Counted from the first letter of the whole stretch, positions 22,730 through 36,200 are shown. The stretch: DNA of 63,910 bases, filler included, from Cercozoa sp. M6MM (GCA_040357565.1; 6 parts of 6 records of this genome joined end to end with filler, not necessarily neighbours in it), one strand, 5' to 3'. Numbers and translations: made by a program. Notes: generated by a model not told the origin, from the letters alone.

Positions 22730-24019
22730 ATGATGCACCTTCTTTTGGTGCTGGCCCTACTGGTAGCCAGTTTTGTCTCGGCATCAGACCTGCAGGAGCG
22801 CCGAAGTGTCTTGGACGAGCTCGAGGATGCCAACGGAGTTCTAGCGCTGTCGGACGACGATTTCGATCGCCTTGTAATCGAGGAGGTTGGTCGGATGATA
22901 AATTTGAAGACAAAACTGAACTGTGAAATAAACTGAGGCATGGCAGGACACGTTCTTGGTGGAGTTCTACGCGCCTTGGTACCTGTTTCGAGTCTGTATA
23001 GGCGTGTGAAAGATAATTTCTGTAGGTGCGGCCACTGCAAGTCGTTTGCTCCGACCTATGACAAGTTGGGTACAGTTTTTTTGTTCCTATTTGTCTAGCA
23101 CATATTTGTCTAGCACACCAATGAAGCTGTGTTGACCTTCGAGTGCAAACGAGCAGGTCAGTACTTCCAGCAAGTCGACGATGTGCGCGTCGCCAAAGTC
23201 GATGCCACGTAGTGCATTTTATTTTCGCAATTTAACGAGGGAGAATTGAGTTGAGGGAGTGTTTCAGAAGATAGAGGAGGGGTGAGAGGGGGGTGAGAGG
23301 GAGTGAGAGATGGGGGTAAGGGAGGGTAAAGATGGTAAACACAGACAGAACAAGGCGCTGGCGCAGCGATTCGAAATCCGCGGCTACCCGACGCTGCTGC
23401 TGCTGAAGGACGGCGCTGTCGTTCCCTTCCGCGGGGACAGGTAGCACAGTACCCGACTAATGAAGGGGGACTAATTAAGGGGACTAATTGGGGGGACTAA
23501 TTAAGGGAGAGGGGGAACAATAGATTAAGTGTGCGGCCACAGGTCCTTCCAGTCGGTCGTTGACTTTGTGCGGGATGTCGAAGCGACGAGTCTGGCGCAC
23601 GTTGACGACGTCTCGGCGCTCATGAAGGTGTTTGCCCCCCCCCCCTGCTTACCCCCCTGCTTAGCCCCTTACCCCCTGTTTACTCCCTTCTTACCCCCAG
23701 TTTACTCCCTTCTGACCCCCTGTTTACCCCTATTAACATTGAGCAGGAAGGCACACTGAAGGCGACATTTGTGTTATTTACGAAGAAGGAGGACAAGGTG
23801 CCGCGACAGGTGTGTTTATATGTTTACCTCCCTGTTGTGTCCTTACCCCCCCCCCCCCGAAGGTGCTGGCGCAGGCACGCGAGTTGCAGCAGGTGGCGGA
23901 CTTTCTGTGGACGGACAGTGAGCGCGTGCTGCAGCAGATGGGCTGCTCCGAGACTCTGTCGGAACACTCGCTGGTGGCGCTGCACTCGGCGCACTGCGCA
24001 CACGCACAGTCGCACATTG
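22730..24019 (+). CDS. Protein disulfide isomerase/thioredoxin-family protein, 3' truncated by contig end
   Basis: Signal peptide, FLVEFYAPWCGHCK, VAKVDAT and FEIRGYPTL. Confidence 0.92.
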
Positions 24020-24417
24020 GTTTTACCCCCCCCTCTGTTTATCCCCCTCTGTTTACCCTCCTTCTTTGCTCTTTGTTTACACCCCTGTTTACTCCACTGT
24101 CTACTCCTATGTTTTCTTTCATATTTACTCCTATATTTACCTCCTATTTTACCTCCTATATTTACCTCCTATATTTACCTCCTATATTTACCTCCTATNN
24201 NNNNNNNNCCTCCTATATTTACCTCCTATATTTACCTCCTATATTTACCTCCTATTTACTCCCATTTTTATCCTATTTACCCCCTATTTGCCCCCTATTT
24301 GCCCCCTATTTGTTCCGTATTTTCTCCCCTATTTACCCCCTATTTACTCCCTATTTACCCCCCTATTTACCCCTCCTTTACCTCCTGTTTACCTGACTAT
24401 TTACCTCCTTACCCCCC
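24020..24417 (+). repeat. Intronic C/T-rich minisatellite (unit about CCTCCTATATTTA)
   Basis: Tandem 13-mers with degenerate flanks, visible directly. Confidence 0.85.
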
Positions 24418-24517
24418 NNNNNNNNNNNNNNNNNNNNNNNNNNNNNNNNNNNNNNNNNNNNTTAATTAATTAANNNNNNNNNNNNNNNNNNNNNNNNNNN
24501 NNNNNNNNNNNNNNNNN
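24418..24517. other. Artificial contig linker N44-TTAATTAATTAA-N44 (also at 48485-48584, 50554-50653, 54052-54151, 60222-60321)
   Basis: Identical 100-nt structure with stops in all six frames; genes are truncated at these joins. Confidence 0.97.
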
Positions 24518-25166
24518 CACGAAGATCTGTCAATAACGCAGGCAAGAGATCGGACGTGACGTCGAAGAACTACCAAACACACCACGGAATGAAACAGCAA
24601 AACACAGAGAAACGCGAAACACAGAAAAAAACGCACGTGTGTACGGGTACCCAAGGCGGTGTTCGTACACACGCGAGCCCTGCACCTGCCTCAAGCAACA
24701 GCGACTGTCGGGCTTACTTACGTGCTCGTCGCCGATGATCGCGGGGTGCACTCACTACTTGACACCCAAAAGTTGTCGCCAGTTTCCCAGAAACCAAATT
24801 TGTTTTAGCTAGTTTTCGATCTAATGAGTGTGTGCAGGACGATCAACGCTACTATTTAAGTGTTTTGGGTGGACAGATCCCCGAATAGCGCAACTCAGCG
24901 AAACAGGTTTGTGCCGCAGATGAGGTGTTCCTGGGTTTTTGGCAGTGCGTCGTCGCCAGCTGCAATGTGACTCGTTGTACAGTAATAATATACCAGTGAT
25001 ACTGTATGCTTTGAGATGCTGTTGCTGGAATCGGCGCTCCAAGTCACTTTTTTTTTAAATAAATATTTTAATCAAGCGGCTGGGCGATCTTCAGAAACTC
25101 GGATCTTTCAAAATCACGCAGAGCAAACAGTCCGTGGGTGTCGCATTAAAGTGCTAGCGGAAGGAC

Positions 25167-26911
25167 ATGAGTTTTCTCAAGCTTTTGTCTCGCGGAGCGA
25201 CTTTTGATCGCAAGCGCTTCGGCAGAGAGATGGCGATGTTCTCTGACGCCGAAAAGCTGCGGCAGAACAAACGACGACGCAAAGGAGTCCTTGAAGACGA
25301 CGCTGAAGGTCAGTCATTGCAAAAGACTTCAAAAAAGCGACGAGAGAAGGTCAAGGTAGAGGAGAAGCCGGAAACAGAGAGCGATGCCGCCGTGTCTGAT
25401 GAAGAAAGCAGCGAAAGTGAGTCGGGCGAGGAGCAAAGTGAAGTCCGCTTGTTCTCGAGCGGCGAGACGCTTCGTGATGTCGCCGACGTTTCCAAGCAGC
25501 GCAGGAAAAAGAAGCAGAAACACCGTCTCGAGACTGCCGTCGTACGCGAGTTCGATGCTTCGCAGGCGCTGCGACGCCGCCACGCCATTCATGTCGATGA
25601 TAAGGTGTATTCAAACAAACTTTAGGATTGGATGGTACATGTGTTTTTGTAGCGAGCGGCGCCAAAGCCAATGCAATCGTTCGACGAGATGCTTGAGATG
25701 CTCAAAGATGCTTGTGATGAAGAGCGACAGGTAGCATTGTGTGCGCTTTTCCATTGCTCGTATAACATTTCTTGACAACAGGCCTGGCGCACGATCGTAC
25801 GTAACCTGCGCGAGATGGGCGTCGAAACGCCGAGTGCCGTACAGATGCAGGCCGTGCCGAGTGCTGTGGTGGCGCAAGACGAGGTGCTCGTGTGTGCCCC
25901 GACGGGCAGTGGCAAAACGCTCGCTTTCTTGCTGCCGATTATGCTGCGTCTGCGAAAGCCTTGTGACGACGGCATCCGAGCCATTGTTGTGGCACCGACG
26001 GCCGAGCTCGCCGCGCAGATCGACGTGCAGCTGCAGCGACTGCTGCGCGACGTGCCACGCCAGTTCCGCCTGCGTCACCTGCTCCTGCAGGCCGGAAACG
26101 CGGACCGGTACATTTACTCTGCATCCTCGTATTTCCTACTATGTATCTTACCATTTACATTGTGATGTTTCCAGGAACACATTGATGACGGCGAAGCGTG
26201 ACCTGCTAGTGACGACGCCACTGCGGCTGGCGCGTCTGTTGCGACCTGACCTGCACGGCAAGCAGTCAAAGTCAAAAAAGAACGACAACGAGCCGGTCGA
26301 TGCGGCTGCACAAATTGCGACGGAGGGGCCACAGCTGCCGTCTCTGACGGCCGAGAAGGATAAGATGACCTACAAACAGCGCAAGCAGCTGCGCATTGCC
26401 CAGCGAAAGCAAAAGAAACTCGAAAAGCTCTCGCAAGCGCCTCTTGTGCTTCCTTCTGTCGAGGTAGTTTTTCTGTGTCTTCAATCAGTGCTTGTACATA
26501 CGTTTGTGTCTGTAGATGGTGGTGCTAGACGAAGCTGATCAACTGCTCGACTTGGGCATGTTGCAACAGGTGCTGCTGCATGTTCCGTTCCCTATTTCGG
26601 TTGTATGTGCCTCTATGCTTGGTAGGTCGACACGATTTTTGCCGCTTGCACTAGCAAGCAAGTACAGCGGATGCTCTTTTCGGCCACGTTGTACAACAGC
26701 GTTGAAGACCTCGCTAAGACACTGCTGCGACAGGTAGCGACGCACATCCTATGTCTATCGACTATGTACATGTGTGTTTAATGGTACAGCCCGCGCGTAT
26801 CGTTGTGGGTGATGCACGCGGGCAGGCTTGCGCCAACGTGCAGCAGCACCTGCACTACTGCGGCCGAGAGGCGCAAAAGACTTCCGAGCTCATTGGTGTG
26901 TCGCTGCTTGG

Positions 26912-26959
<48 letters not shown>

Positions 26960-27718
26960 TGTGGGTGTGTGGGTGTGTGTACAAGTATCCTGTGTGCCTG
27001 GCAGGCATGTTGCGTGAGAGTGGCAAGTTTAAGCCGCCGGCCATCGTGTTCGTGCAGCAGAAGCGACGCGCGCGACGTCTGTTCCGCGAGCTTCAGCCGA
27101 CGGGTCTCCGTGTCGACTTCATCAGCGGCGAGCGCACTCCTGAGGAGGTGCCGGCCTCTGTCCGTTGTCTGATTTGTGCTTCAGTTGTGATTTGTGTCAT
27201 CAGAGAGAGGAGGCACTACTCAAGTTCCGCGAGGGTGAAACCTGGTTGCTTGTGGCCACGTCGCTAATGGCTCGTGGCATGGACTTCAAACACGTCAATC
27301 AGGTACCTACTGTTCGATGTTCAGTCAGATTGCCCCACAGTATCTTTGTCCTCAGGTGTTCAACCTCGACATGCCGCCTAGCACGGCTGATTACGTTCAT
27401 CGAGTCGGTCGAGCCGGACGTGCTGGTCGCGAAGGCGAGGTATTTTGTCATATACGAACTATTGCCTTGTCCTATGCTAGATATTCGGTGATGCAGGCCA
27501 TCACGTTCTTCACGGACGCCGACCGTCAGGCCGGTGTCGTGCGACCCGTCGTAAACCTCATGCGACGTTGCGGCCAGGGTGCACATGTGCCTGCATGGAT
27601 GCAGCACGCAGACCAGGTACAGCTGCCCGGACTCAGCAAACGCCAGAAGAAACAGCTGAAACGCACTGGAAAAGTTGCACGCAAGAAGCGCACCAAGGGT
27701 GGCGCTTCCAAGAAATAG
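25167..27718 (+). CDS. DDX52: DEAD-box RNA helicase DDX52/ROK1
   Basis: N-terminal [14 protein letters not shown] motif [59 protein letters not shown] and [15 protein letters not shown]. Confidence 0.9.
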
Positions 27719-27974
27719 TTAAACGAGTTGTATCTCAGGTCAGCGCTTTTCAGTACATTTTATGGGTTTCGAGCAGCCCATGGGTTTTGGGAGCGGCGAG
27801 CACGGAATTTCGTTTCAAAACAACCAGAGATGATAATCCTGATCCGGACGATGATCAGTATTCTGTACTGTACTGTCTGTATACAGTACAGTACCAGGTC
27901 CCGTCCCGGCTCAGCTGTAGACATCTGACACATGTCACGTTCACATAGAGATAACCAGTCCGATCGTGTGTGCC

Positions 27975-29388
27975 ATGAGCATCGTACGCAGTTGCGAGGT
28001 TAATTTCGTCTGGCGCGTTGCAGCGTGTACGAAACAATTTGACGTTTGTGTGTTCTTGTAGCTCGATGTCGACGCGCTCCTGGATGCCTTCCAGGTAGTA
28101 TTACTGTATGTCTATTGATTGGTTCTGTTGCGTATACGCGAATGTTTGCGCAGGAGCGCTTTAAGCTGGATGACGACATGCTCGACGAGCTGGAGGAGGA
28201 ACTTGAGGAAATTGTTGATTTTGGTATATTCCTTGTGTACTTACACGTGCGTATTGAAGTGTGCTGCGGCTTTAGATTGAGGACACGTCAATGTTTGTAT
28301 GTTGTGCATTTGTACGTTGTTTTACAGGCGGCAGTGTCGAACGGCGCTGGGAAGAGGTTGCGCAACTCGAAAGGCAGTACGAGGTACGGTGGACACACAC
28401 ACACACACGCGCGCGCGCGCGCGCGCACACAAACACCGTCTGTATTCGGTGTTTTGTGTGCCTTTGCCAGAAAATGGACTACCACCGCACAGGTCGCATT
28501 GGCAGCGGTGCTTTCGGCGAAGTGTTTCGCGGAGTGCACCGCAGCACTGGCGAGGTGTGTTCGTTTGTCGCGTGTGAGGAGGAAATGTGTTCCCGATGAG
28601 TGTACAAGCACGAGTTGTGCAGGTGGTGGCCATCAAGGTGATCGATTTGGAGAACAGCAAGGAGGAGCTCGGCGCCATCACGCGCGAGATCCAAGCACTG
28701 TCGCAGGTACCATATACATATGGTAGATACAGCGAATTATTCGGTCGGGACCGATGTGTTCTTAGGGCCAGCTGTGCCCGCAACTAGTGAACTACCGTGG
28801 TAGCGAAATGGTTGGCACCAAGCTCTGGATCATCATGGGTACCCTGTTCCCACCTGTACGTGTATGCACGCGGCATGGTATATATGAATAGAGTACGTGG
28901 ACGGTGGCTCATTGCATGACCTGATGCGACGTTTTCGAACGCTGCGCGAAGAGGAAATCGCCGTCGTTGTCAGGGGTACTGCCACTTCATTTTGTCTTGC
29001 ATGCCGTTGGTCTCATCCACGCTCTCCCAATAGAGATCCTGCTGGGACTGCGCTACTTACTGCGTGAGGGCCGCATTCACCGCGACATCAAGGCGGCCAA
29101 TGTTCTCTTGGGTACGCAGATCATCTTTTCATAAACTAATTCTTAGAACTTTTCATCCCCTGGTAGGAGCTGACGGCAGCACTGTGAAACTTGCCGATTT
29201 TGGCGCGTCGGGACAGCTTACTGACACGATGACCAAGTGCGACACTTTCGTTGGCTCGCCGTACTGGATGGTGAGTGAGTGTTCTTAGTCCAGCGGACCT
29301 GCATGTCGGATTTGCGTGCTTCTCAGGCCCCGGAAGTGATGGAACAGAATAAATACGACAGCAAGGCCGATGTTTGGTCACTGGTACC

Positions 29389-29438
<50 letters not shown>

Positions 29439-29859
29439 CCGCCGCGCCTGCATGCAATGCACCGCGCCGATGGCAGTATCACCGAGGATCCTGCCGAGCA
29501 CACGTTCAACGACAACAGGTGACTTGTGCTTGTCTAGTCCGCCTATGTACATGCACGTGCTTTTCTGCCCAGGCCTTTCTCTGACACGTTTCGCGACTTT
29601 GTGGCCTCGTGTCTCACTCGTCAGGTGCGTTTCTCCTGGCTATTCTGTGTGTCTGTGTCTGTGTCTGTGTGGGTGGGTGGGTGGGTGTGTGTGTGCGCGC
29701 GTGTGTGTCACTTTGATCGCTGAGTTGCGTGTCGGCATGTAGCCAGAAGATCGTCCGAGCATTGACGAACTGCTCGAACACCCGTTCGTTCGCGGTGCCG
29801 GTGAGCTCGCCTCAGTCATGACGCAGTTCTCGGCCAAGATACGCGAGTTGCAAGCATGA
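27975..29859 (+). CDS. STE20/GCK-type Ser/Thr kinase; the subdomain IX-X exon is absent from this locus
   Basis: IGSGAFGEV, VAIKVIDLE, HRDIKAANVLL, VKLADFG, TFVGSPYWMAPEV, YDSKADVWSL, then jumps to PPRL...FRDFVASCL. The start is uncertain. Confidence 0.9.
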
Positions 29860-30267
29860 TGCTCGGGCCCGGTGATGTCCTCTCACGATCGTACCAAGTT
29901 TAATTCATCTGATGATCGGATAGTCCGCCGAAGTTGTGTGACTGCCGTCCATTCCGTCTTCAGTTGGCATGCTAATAAAGTATTACCGCAGTCCAAACAA
30001 GACAGTGCCCTTTCTGCCGCCAGAACACATCGAGACTGTCACAGCACGGTTGCTTCGCAGCGAAGCTCCCGAGTTCGGTGACCTGCTGGCCGAGCTTCGC
30101 GTCGAGGTCGCGCCCATACGATACTTGGCTGTTTAGTTTCCCTACCTTGCCTTGTTCTGTAAAGGGGGTAGGGTAAAAGGCACAGTGTAAACTGTAAACG
30201 TTTAGGATCAATACGCTTTTAGTTGCGCTACAGGTAGACCTTATGTAACAGACAGAAGCCGATGGGT

Positions 30268-30801
30268 TTACTCCTGCTGCGTGAGCTCGGTGATGATGTC
30301 CGAGTCGCCCTGGTCGATGATCGAGAGCGTCGAGATGCGGAAGTACTTACCGCAGGCCGTGCCGAGGTCGATGTTGTTGCCCGAGTAGTAGTGGACAGCA
30401 ACCTTGGCGAGCATAGCGTAGTACTCGATCTCCGACTTGCGAAGGGCCGGGCAGTTGTTCGACAGAATGACGACCTTGGCCTTGCCGTTGCGGATGGCCT
30501 TCAGCGTCTGCTTGTAGCCGAGGAGGACCTCACCCGACTTCATGACGAGGGCCAGGCGCGAGTTGATCGTCTCGGCCGACTTGCGCTACGCGGAAACGCC
30601 AACAATGAGTAAACAGTCTGGGTAAGCCCAAAACAACGGCATGATTCCGCTAGCGCGTATGCCTGGCTGAAACGTGCTGTTCGCACGCACGCACAGCACA
30701 GTACAACACGGCACACGCACGGATGCGCGCCGAAAACCACAGCGGGTCAGCCAAAATTAGCAGTAGGGATAGAGGTGACTTACTTGCTTCTTAGAAACCA
30801 T
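30268..30801 (-). CDS. RPL30: 60S ribosomal protein L30 (eL30)
   Basis: MVSKKQ|[18 protein letters not shown]...LGYKQTLK...[16 protein letters not shown]...[10 protein letters not shown]...GDSDII; one intron of about 198 nt. Confidence 0.98.
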
Positions 30802-31025
30802 CGTAGGGCGTTCTCCACAAGCACAATCACCTGTAACAAAGAGTTGTTGTGTGGGTATGAATTTTTGTATTTTGGGTTGTTCCGGGCGCTCCGATCGCTG
30901 TCCGAGCACAACAAAAAATAATTGTTGCTCCTTCAACCGTGCCGGTGAAGCGCATTAGCGGGTGCAGTGTTGGTAGTGTTTTAAATATTAGGCGATCGAA
31001 CGATCAGCTCTAGCGACACGCTGTG

Positions 31026-31983
31026 ATGGCGAGCATCCTCCGGGTGTATTTTGAAGATGACTCCTGGACCTCCCTCCGCGTACCTCATCGGTACAGTGTG
31101 CCCTTCCCTGCCTTGAGTTATGCAAAAATGTTTGTGTTCATACGGTTTCCTTAAATTTAGACAAGTGACAGCAGGATATGTCGTTGACCACTTAGGTAGG
31201 ATCCGGCATTGCGTTCGGGTATGGGGTAGGGGTAGGTATGTTGTTTGTTTATGCAGGTGCACGACGTGGTAGCAGTCGTGTTGGCCTCTTGTCTAGGTCA
31301 ATGTCGCAGCCTGGAACCATTGGCAGCAGCGGCAACAGCGACAGTGCTCTCGTCGATGTCGGTTCGTCTCCCCTCTGCCTTCCTGTCCCTCCTGTATATT
31401 GATGTATGTGTGCTTCCGGCACAGAGGAAGGAGACATCACAGGCGCCTTGTTTCTCGTGTCGCGCGACAGCGAGACGCAGTTCGCGGAGCGACAACTCGA
31501 GCGGCACGAACTGCCTGCTGAAGGTGCGATACCCTTTGCCAACTTTACCCCCCCCCCCCCCTTCTTGTTTACTCCTGTACCCTCTGCTCCTTCGCCCTTT
31601 ACTCCCTCCCGTTCACTCAGTGATGCGAGTGGTGTCGCTGGCTAATCCGGAGCTGCGAAATCTGCGACTCGAGTTCCGTGCCAGCGAGGAGCACGAGGTG
31701 CTTCCTTTACCCTCCCACCTCCTTTATCCTCGTGGGGGGGCCCCCCCCGAGCAGATCCCTGACTTCACGGGAGCCGACAGCGACGACGGAGCACACGACG
31801 ACTTTGTTCACGTCAGTGTCGACGATGATCCCGCCGACACCGTTAACAACACCGATCACAGCGGCGACGGTGCCGCCGATCGACAGCACTCGCGTCTCCG
31901 CGAGTCGCTCGATGTGGCCGAGTCGGCGCCACCCTCGCTGCCTGATGCGCGTGCTGGTGCCTTTCTGCTTTACCCCCCCCCCC

Positions 31984-32032
<49 letters not shown>

Positions 32033-33627
32033 ACTTGAATGTTGCCACACAGAGCGAACGCAAGCGAAGAAAAAGAAACGAAAGGTGCGCAAACGACGTG
32101 CCGACTTGGACTCGCTGTACTCTTAACGTTATAGTCCGATAACCCCTGATATCTTTTCTTGTTGACGAGCAGTCCATCGGCTCAGCGTGCCGTCTTGGTG
32201 GACCCTTTGGTGGAGCGATGTGGATACCTGCACAAACTGGGCAGTCGGCACAAGGTGAGCTCGCTTTTGACTAGTCCAATCCCCCTTACCCCCGCGCACG
32301 CACACAGGCCTGGCGCGAACGCTGGTTCATTTTGACGGCAGATCGACTATACTACTTCAAGAGTCACGAGCACGCCGCCTGGCCCTCAGCCTCGTCGTCC
32401 TCGCGGTTGCGCCGACGGCGGCGGAAGACGGTTTTTGCATTGCCTCGTTCGGTCTGCTTGTTCATGCGTATGTGTCTCATGTTCTGTAGACCGAATCGGA
32501 GTCGACGCAGCGGCGTGGCTTTGACGCGTCGAAAGCACTTGGCATAGTGCCGCTGGAGGACGGCTTTGTGCGTGCGAGCGACGTGTACACCTACGCGCGT
32601 CTTGGCATTCGTAGTGGTGGGTTTGTTCTTGTCTGTGGGGTCTGGGATAGCAAAGGAAGGGGGTAATCTGGTATGTACAGGCGGACGCAATGCCTTCTTG
32701 TTCGAGCTGCGTCTGCCGACACGCGTGTACTACCTGCGCACACGGTGCGTACAGGACATGCGCCATTGGATCGCGCTGCTGTCGAGGCCGTGCGTGGAGA
32801 ACTCGCGCTTGGTACGAGTCTAATCACTAAGGTCGGGGATGGGCTGATTGGTGTGTGTGTGTGTGTGTGTGTCTGTGTGTGTCTGTGTGTCTGTGTGTGT
32901 AGGATTCGTTGGCATGTGAGGCGTCGCTTTCGGCCTGTGAGGAGACTGACCAGGTGTCTGTGTGTCTTTGTATACGGGTTTGTATCTGTATTTACGGGGG
33001 TCTGGGCGAATTAGGATCTGCAACGTGTGGAGAAACTCTCCTCACTGAGCGGTGTTTTGTGCGACGTGTCGGCACTGCGGCACTTGCTGCTCTTCCTGCG
33101 ACGGCAGCATCGGCATGATGGTGCACTCTTGTCGTCCTCTGTTAGCCCCTTTCGCACACACAACTTACCCCCCCCCCCCCCCGAGTAGAGTTGCTGTTCG
33201 TGCTGCGTGCCACTCGGTACCGCGATCGGTGTTTATCTTCGGTACTTCAGCTTACCTCCTCCCCCACCCCGTGCTCATTACCTTCAACGTGTGACAGCTT
33301 GATGTGGAGGACGACATGTGCGTACCTGAGCGGGGAACGCGACAGCATGCGGCGTGGCTGAAAGAGGTACTTTTAACCCCCCCCCCCCCGTGTACTCACG
33401 TATATATGCGNNNNNNNNNNNNNNNNNNNNNNNNNNNNNNNNNNNNNNNNNNNNNNNNNNNNNNNNNNNNNNNNNNNNNNNNNNNNNNNNNNNNNNNNNN
33501 NNNNNNNNNNCACGTATATATGCGCCCTCTGTAGGCTAGTGACATCTACCACTTGCACCTTGCACCGGTACGCTCTATACGTGTCTGGAGGGACAAGAAC
33601 GTGTGTGTGTGTGTGTGTATATATGTG

Positions 33628-33669
<42 letters not shown>

Positions 33670-33837
33670 GGTGCAGGATGCCAAGGAGGAGATAGCCGTG
33701 GCGCGCCAGGTGAGACGTGTCGTGTCAACGGCGCTGCAGGAGGGCCGCGTGTGCGCCGCCTTGTTCGACCACTGCGTGGCACTCAAACTTGAATTCTTTC
33801 GACTCTCTGTCATGCAGGAGTTCGTTCAGGTATTGCG

Positions 33838-33882
<45 letters not shown>

Positions 33883-33892
33883 NNNNNNNNNN

Positions 33893-33938
<46 letters not shown>

Positions 33939-34700
33939 GCTCTCTATACGTCAGAGCGACCTGTACCATCGGGTGCTGCTGTCGCTGCCGTTGTCGGACG
34001 ATGTACTACCCTATCTATCCCCTGCTCTTCTTGTTTATTCGCCCTCCCGTTGTGTGCTTGGCAGGTGCTACCGCAGGTGCCATACGTGCCAGCGCATTTG
34101 TCGCCCAATGTCATGAGCACCGGCCGGAGGCGGCACAAGACGCCGACACTCAACTCACCCCTCTCTGTGGGTACACTTTTGTGCCTACACTTCTCATTTT
34201 GGTGTCACAGTGTAGCCCCTCCTCTGTGTGTAGCGGAAGATATGCCACCTGTTACGCTGCACGACCATGTGCCTGCATCGGCGCCGCGTGGACTACCTAG
34301 GTACCCCCCCCCCCTCCCGTTCCCTAAGTGTTCCCACCATGCGACTTTTACAGGTGCCTGTCCATCGACACGGACGACGAGGAGAGTCGTCCCGTGCCTG
34401 CTGTCAGGGAGAATTCGGTCCGACAACGACTTCTTCTCACACCTCGGAAAACGCGCTTTCAAAAAGAAGGTTCCTTCGCTTTCTCAGTCGGCTTATAGTT
34501 TACTTTCGAGTTTGTTGAGACACGCAGTACAAAACCCGACGCCATTGTTGCAGGCGTGCACCTCGCAGGTGTCCATCCCTGCGCTGGACTCCGATTACGC
34601 ACTCTACGACCGCAATCGCGAGAAGTACACCGTGACTGGGGGCAGCGACGGCTCGGGCTTCGCTCAGCTCTCGCGGTCGGCTCGTGTTGTCAACGGTTAA
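31026..34700 (+). CDS. RA-like + PH + RGS-like domain signalling protein
   Basis: RA-like: MASILRVYFEDDSWTSLRV...ALFLV...ERQLERHELP. PH: GYLHKLGSRHKAWRERWFILTADRLYYFKS...LGIVPL...FELRLPTRVYYLR...WIALL. RGS-like: SLSGVLCD...LLLFLRRQHRHDELLF...ASDIYHLHL...AKEEIAV...LFDHC...MQEFVQ. Confidence 0.72.
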
Positions 34701-34935
34701 CGTTAATTAGTTCTGTGTACATAGCTACACTACACTAGCTCTACTAGCTAGGTGATTGGTAATACGGTAGCAACCAAATCACTGCACCTGGACTGAACGG
34801 AAGCGAAGGAAGGCTCCGTCCAGACGAGATCCGCATACTCAATCAACCAAATCGAACAGTGCTTACCGTAAGATACCACAACCCATGCCCGTTTTAGATG
34901 TCGACAAAATTAGATGCAACTCAACCTTGATATGG

Positions 34936-36200
34936 TCACTGTCGTCTCCGAATACGACCGAAACGTCGTCGTGCCGTGCGGGAACTGGCAGAGCTTTTGC
35001 CCTTTGACGACGAGGACCGTTTCGACGCTGTGGTTGAGGGCGACCGTGACTTGGATGACCTTGGTGCAGACGAATGCGACCGAGACCTTGACTTTGACCG
35101 CGAACGAGATGGTGACCGAGTGACACGTGACATTGAACGCTTCGATTCCAGCAAAGCCTCACGTCGTTGCTTTTCCTGGCGTCGACCAACGAAACACACG
35201 GCACAAAACAGGCAGAGCACCAAGGCAGTCAAAACGGCCATTATGATGTAGTATGCCAACGGTCTGTCAAAAAACGCGCTCTAACTCCGCCAGAGAAAGA
35301 AGGTCAGCATGTGAAGTGGAAACAGCTTTACATCTTGTGGCAACGCATGAAGGCAGTGTCGGTGTTCCAAGTGCGATCGGGTTGGCAGAAAACAGTGTCA
35401 GTTCCTCCGACAAGGTGATCCTGAAAGTGGCCGTTGCGGCAGCGCAAGCGACAGCTCCCATTTGGCAGCACATTTGCACATGTCCGCGCAGCAGTCTCTG
35501 TTCAGCTTACCCAGAGTCAGATGTGCCACACAGTCTTGTGTATGAATACAGTGCGTACTTTCAGAGTTTTCCTCGGCAGTCATGGTGTCGATGTTGGCGC
35601 GCTGTTGCATCCACTCGCGGGCTGCTGTGGACACCGTGCTGGTCGGAATGACTCCAGTTCCCCCAATACGCACCTCTGCCAACTTGGTGTGCGGGATTTG
35701 CAGAGGACGACACTCTGCGCATTGAGTCGACTTGATAGAGGACGTTGCACACTAAAGACGCAGCAAGAAAACGTTAAAACTGTTATCCTATAATTTGGAA
35801 GGCTGTGCTGTTTCGATAGGTTCACTTTGGTACATTTCTTTGCGCCTCGGTAATCGATACACAAGGCGACACCAGCGTCGCATTGGCTTGACCTGCCACA
35901 CTTTCTCCGCTCCGGCACCAAGCGCAGCCGTTAAGTGTACAAACATGGCACTGTGCAGGCACACGGTGGATTGAAAGAACAAAGATTGGATCGGGAATCT
36001 GGCATCAACTTTGGAGCTTTAGTTAGGAGAGGTAAGAGCACGTTGGTGTTGCGACTGCAGACACCGGGTGCAGGTGCCGCTGTCGTGACTGTCATCTTGA
36101 AAGTCTTAAAGCAGATGAAAGTGCACGGAACTAAAGATCATCAGTTTTACCGAGGTGTGAAAGTCCGAGCCCCCGGACAGGTATTTGCAATCTAAACGTG
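34936..36200 (-). CDS. Type I membrane protein with PSI-like and sushi/CCP-like Cys-rich ectodomain and Ser/Arg-rich basic tail (5' end uncertain)
   Basis: Spliced CSRNTNCHVCTLNGCAWC; CANVLPNGSCRLRCRNGH...VFCQPDRTWN...C; TM segment YIIMAVLTALVLCLFCAVCFV; tail RSPSRSRSKSRSRS. Confidence 0.6.

Noticed and set aside
24462-24473. Recurring TTAATTAATTAA motif
   Set aside because: Synthetic all-frame-stop linker inside N runs.
33397-33524. Direct repeat CACGTATATATGCG either side of a gap
   Set aside because: Most likely an unmerged contig overlap.
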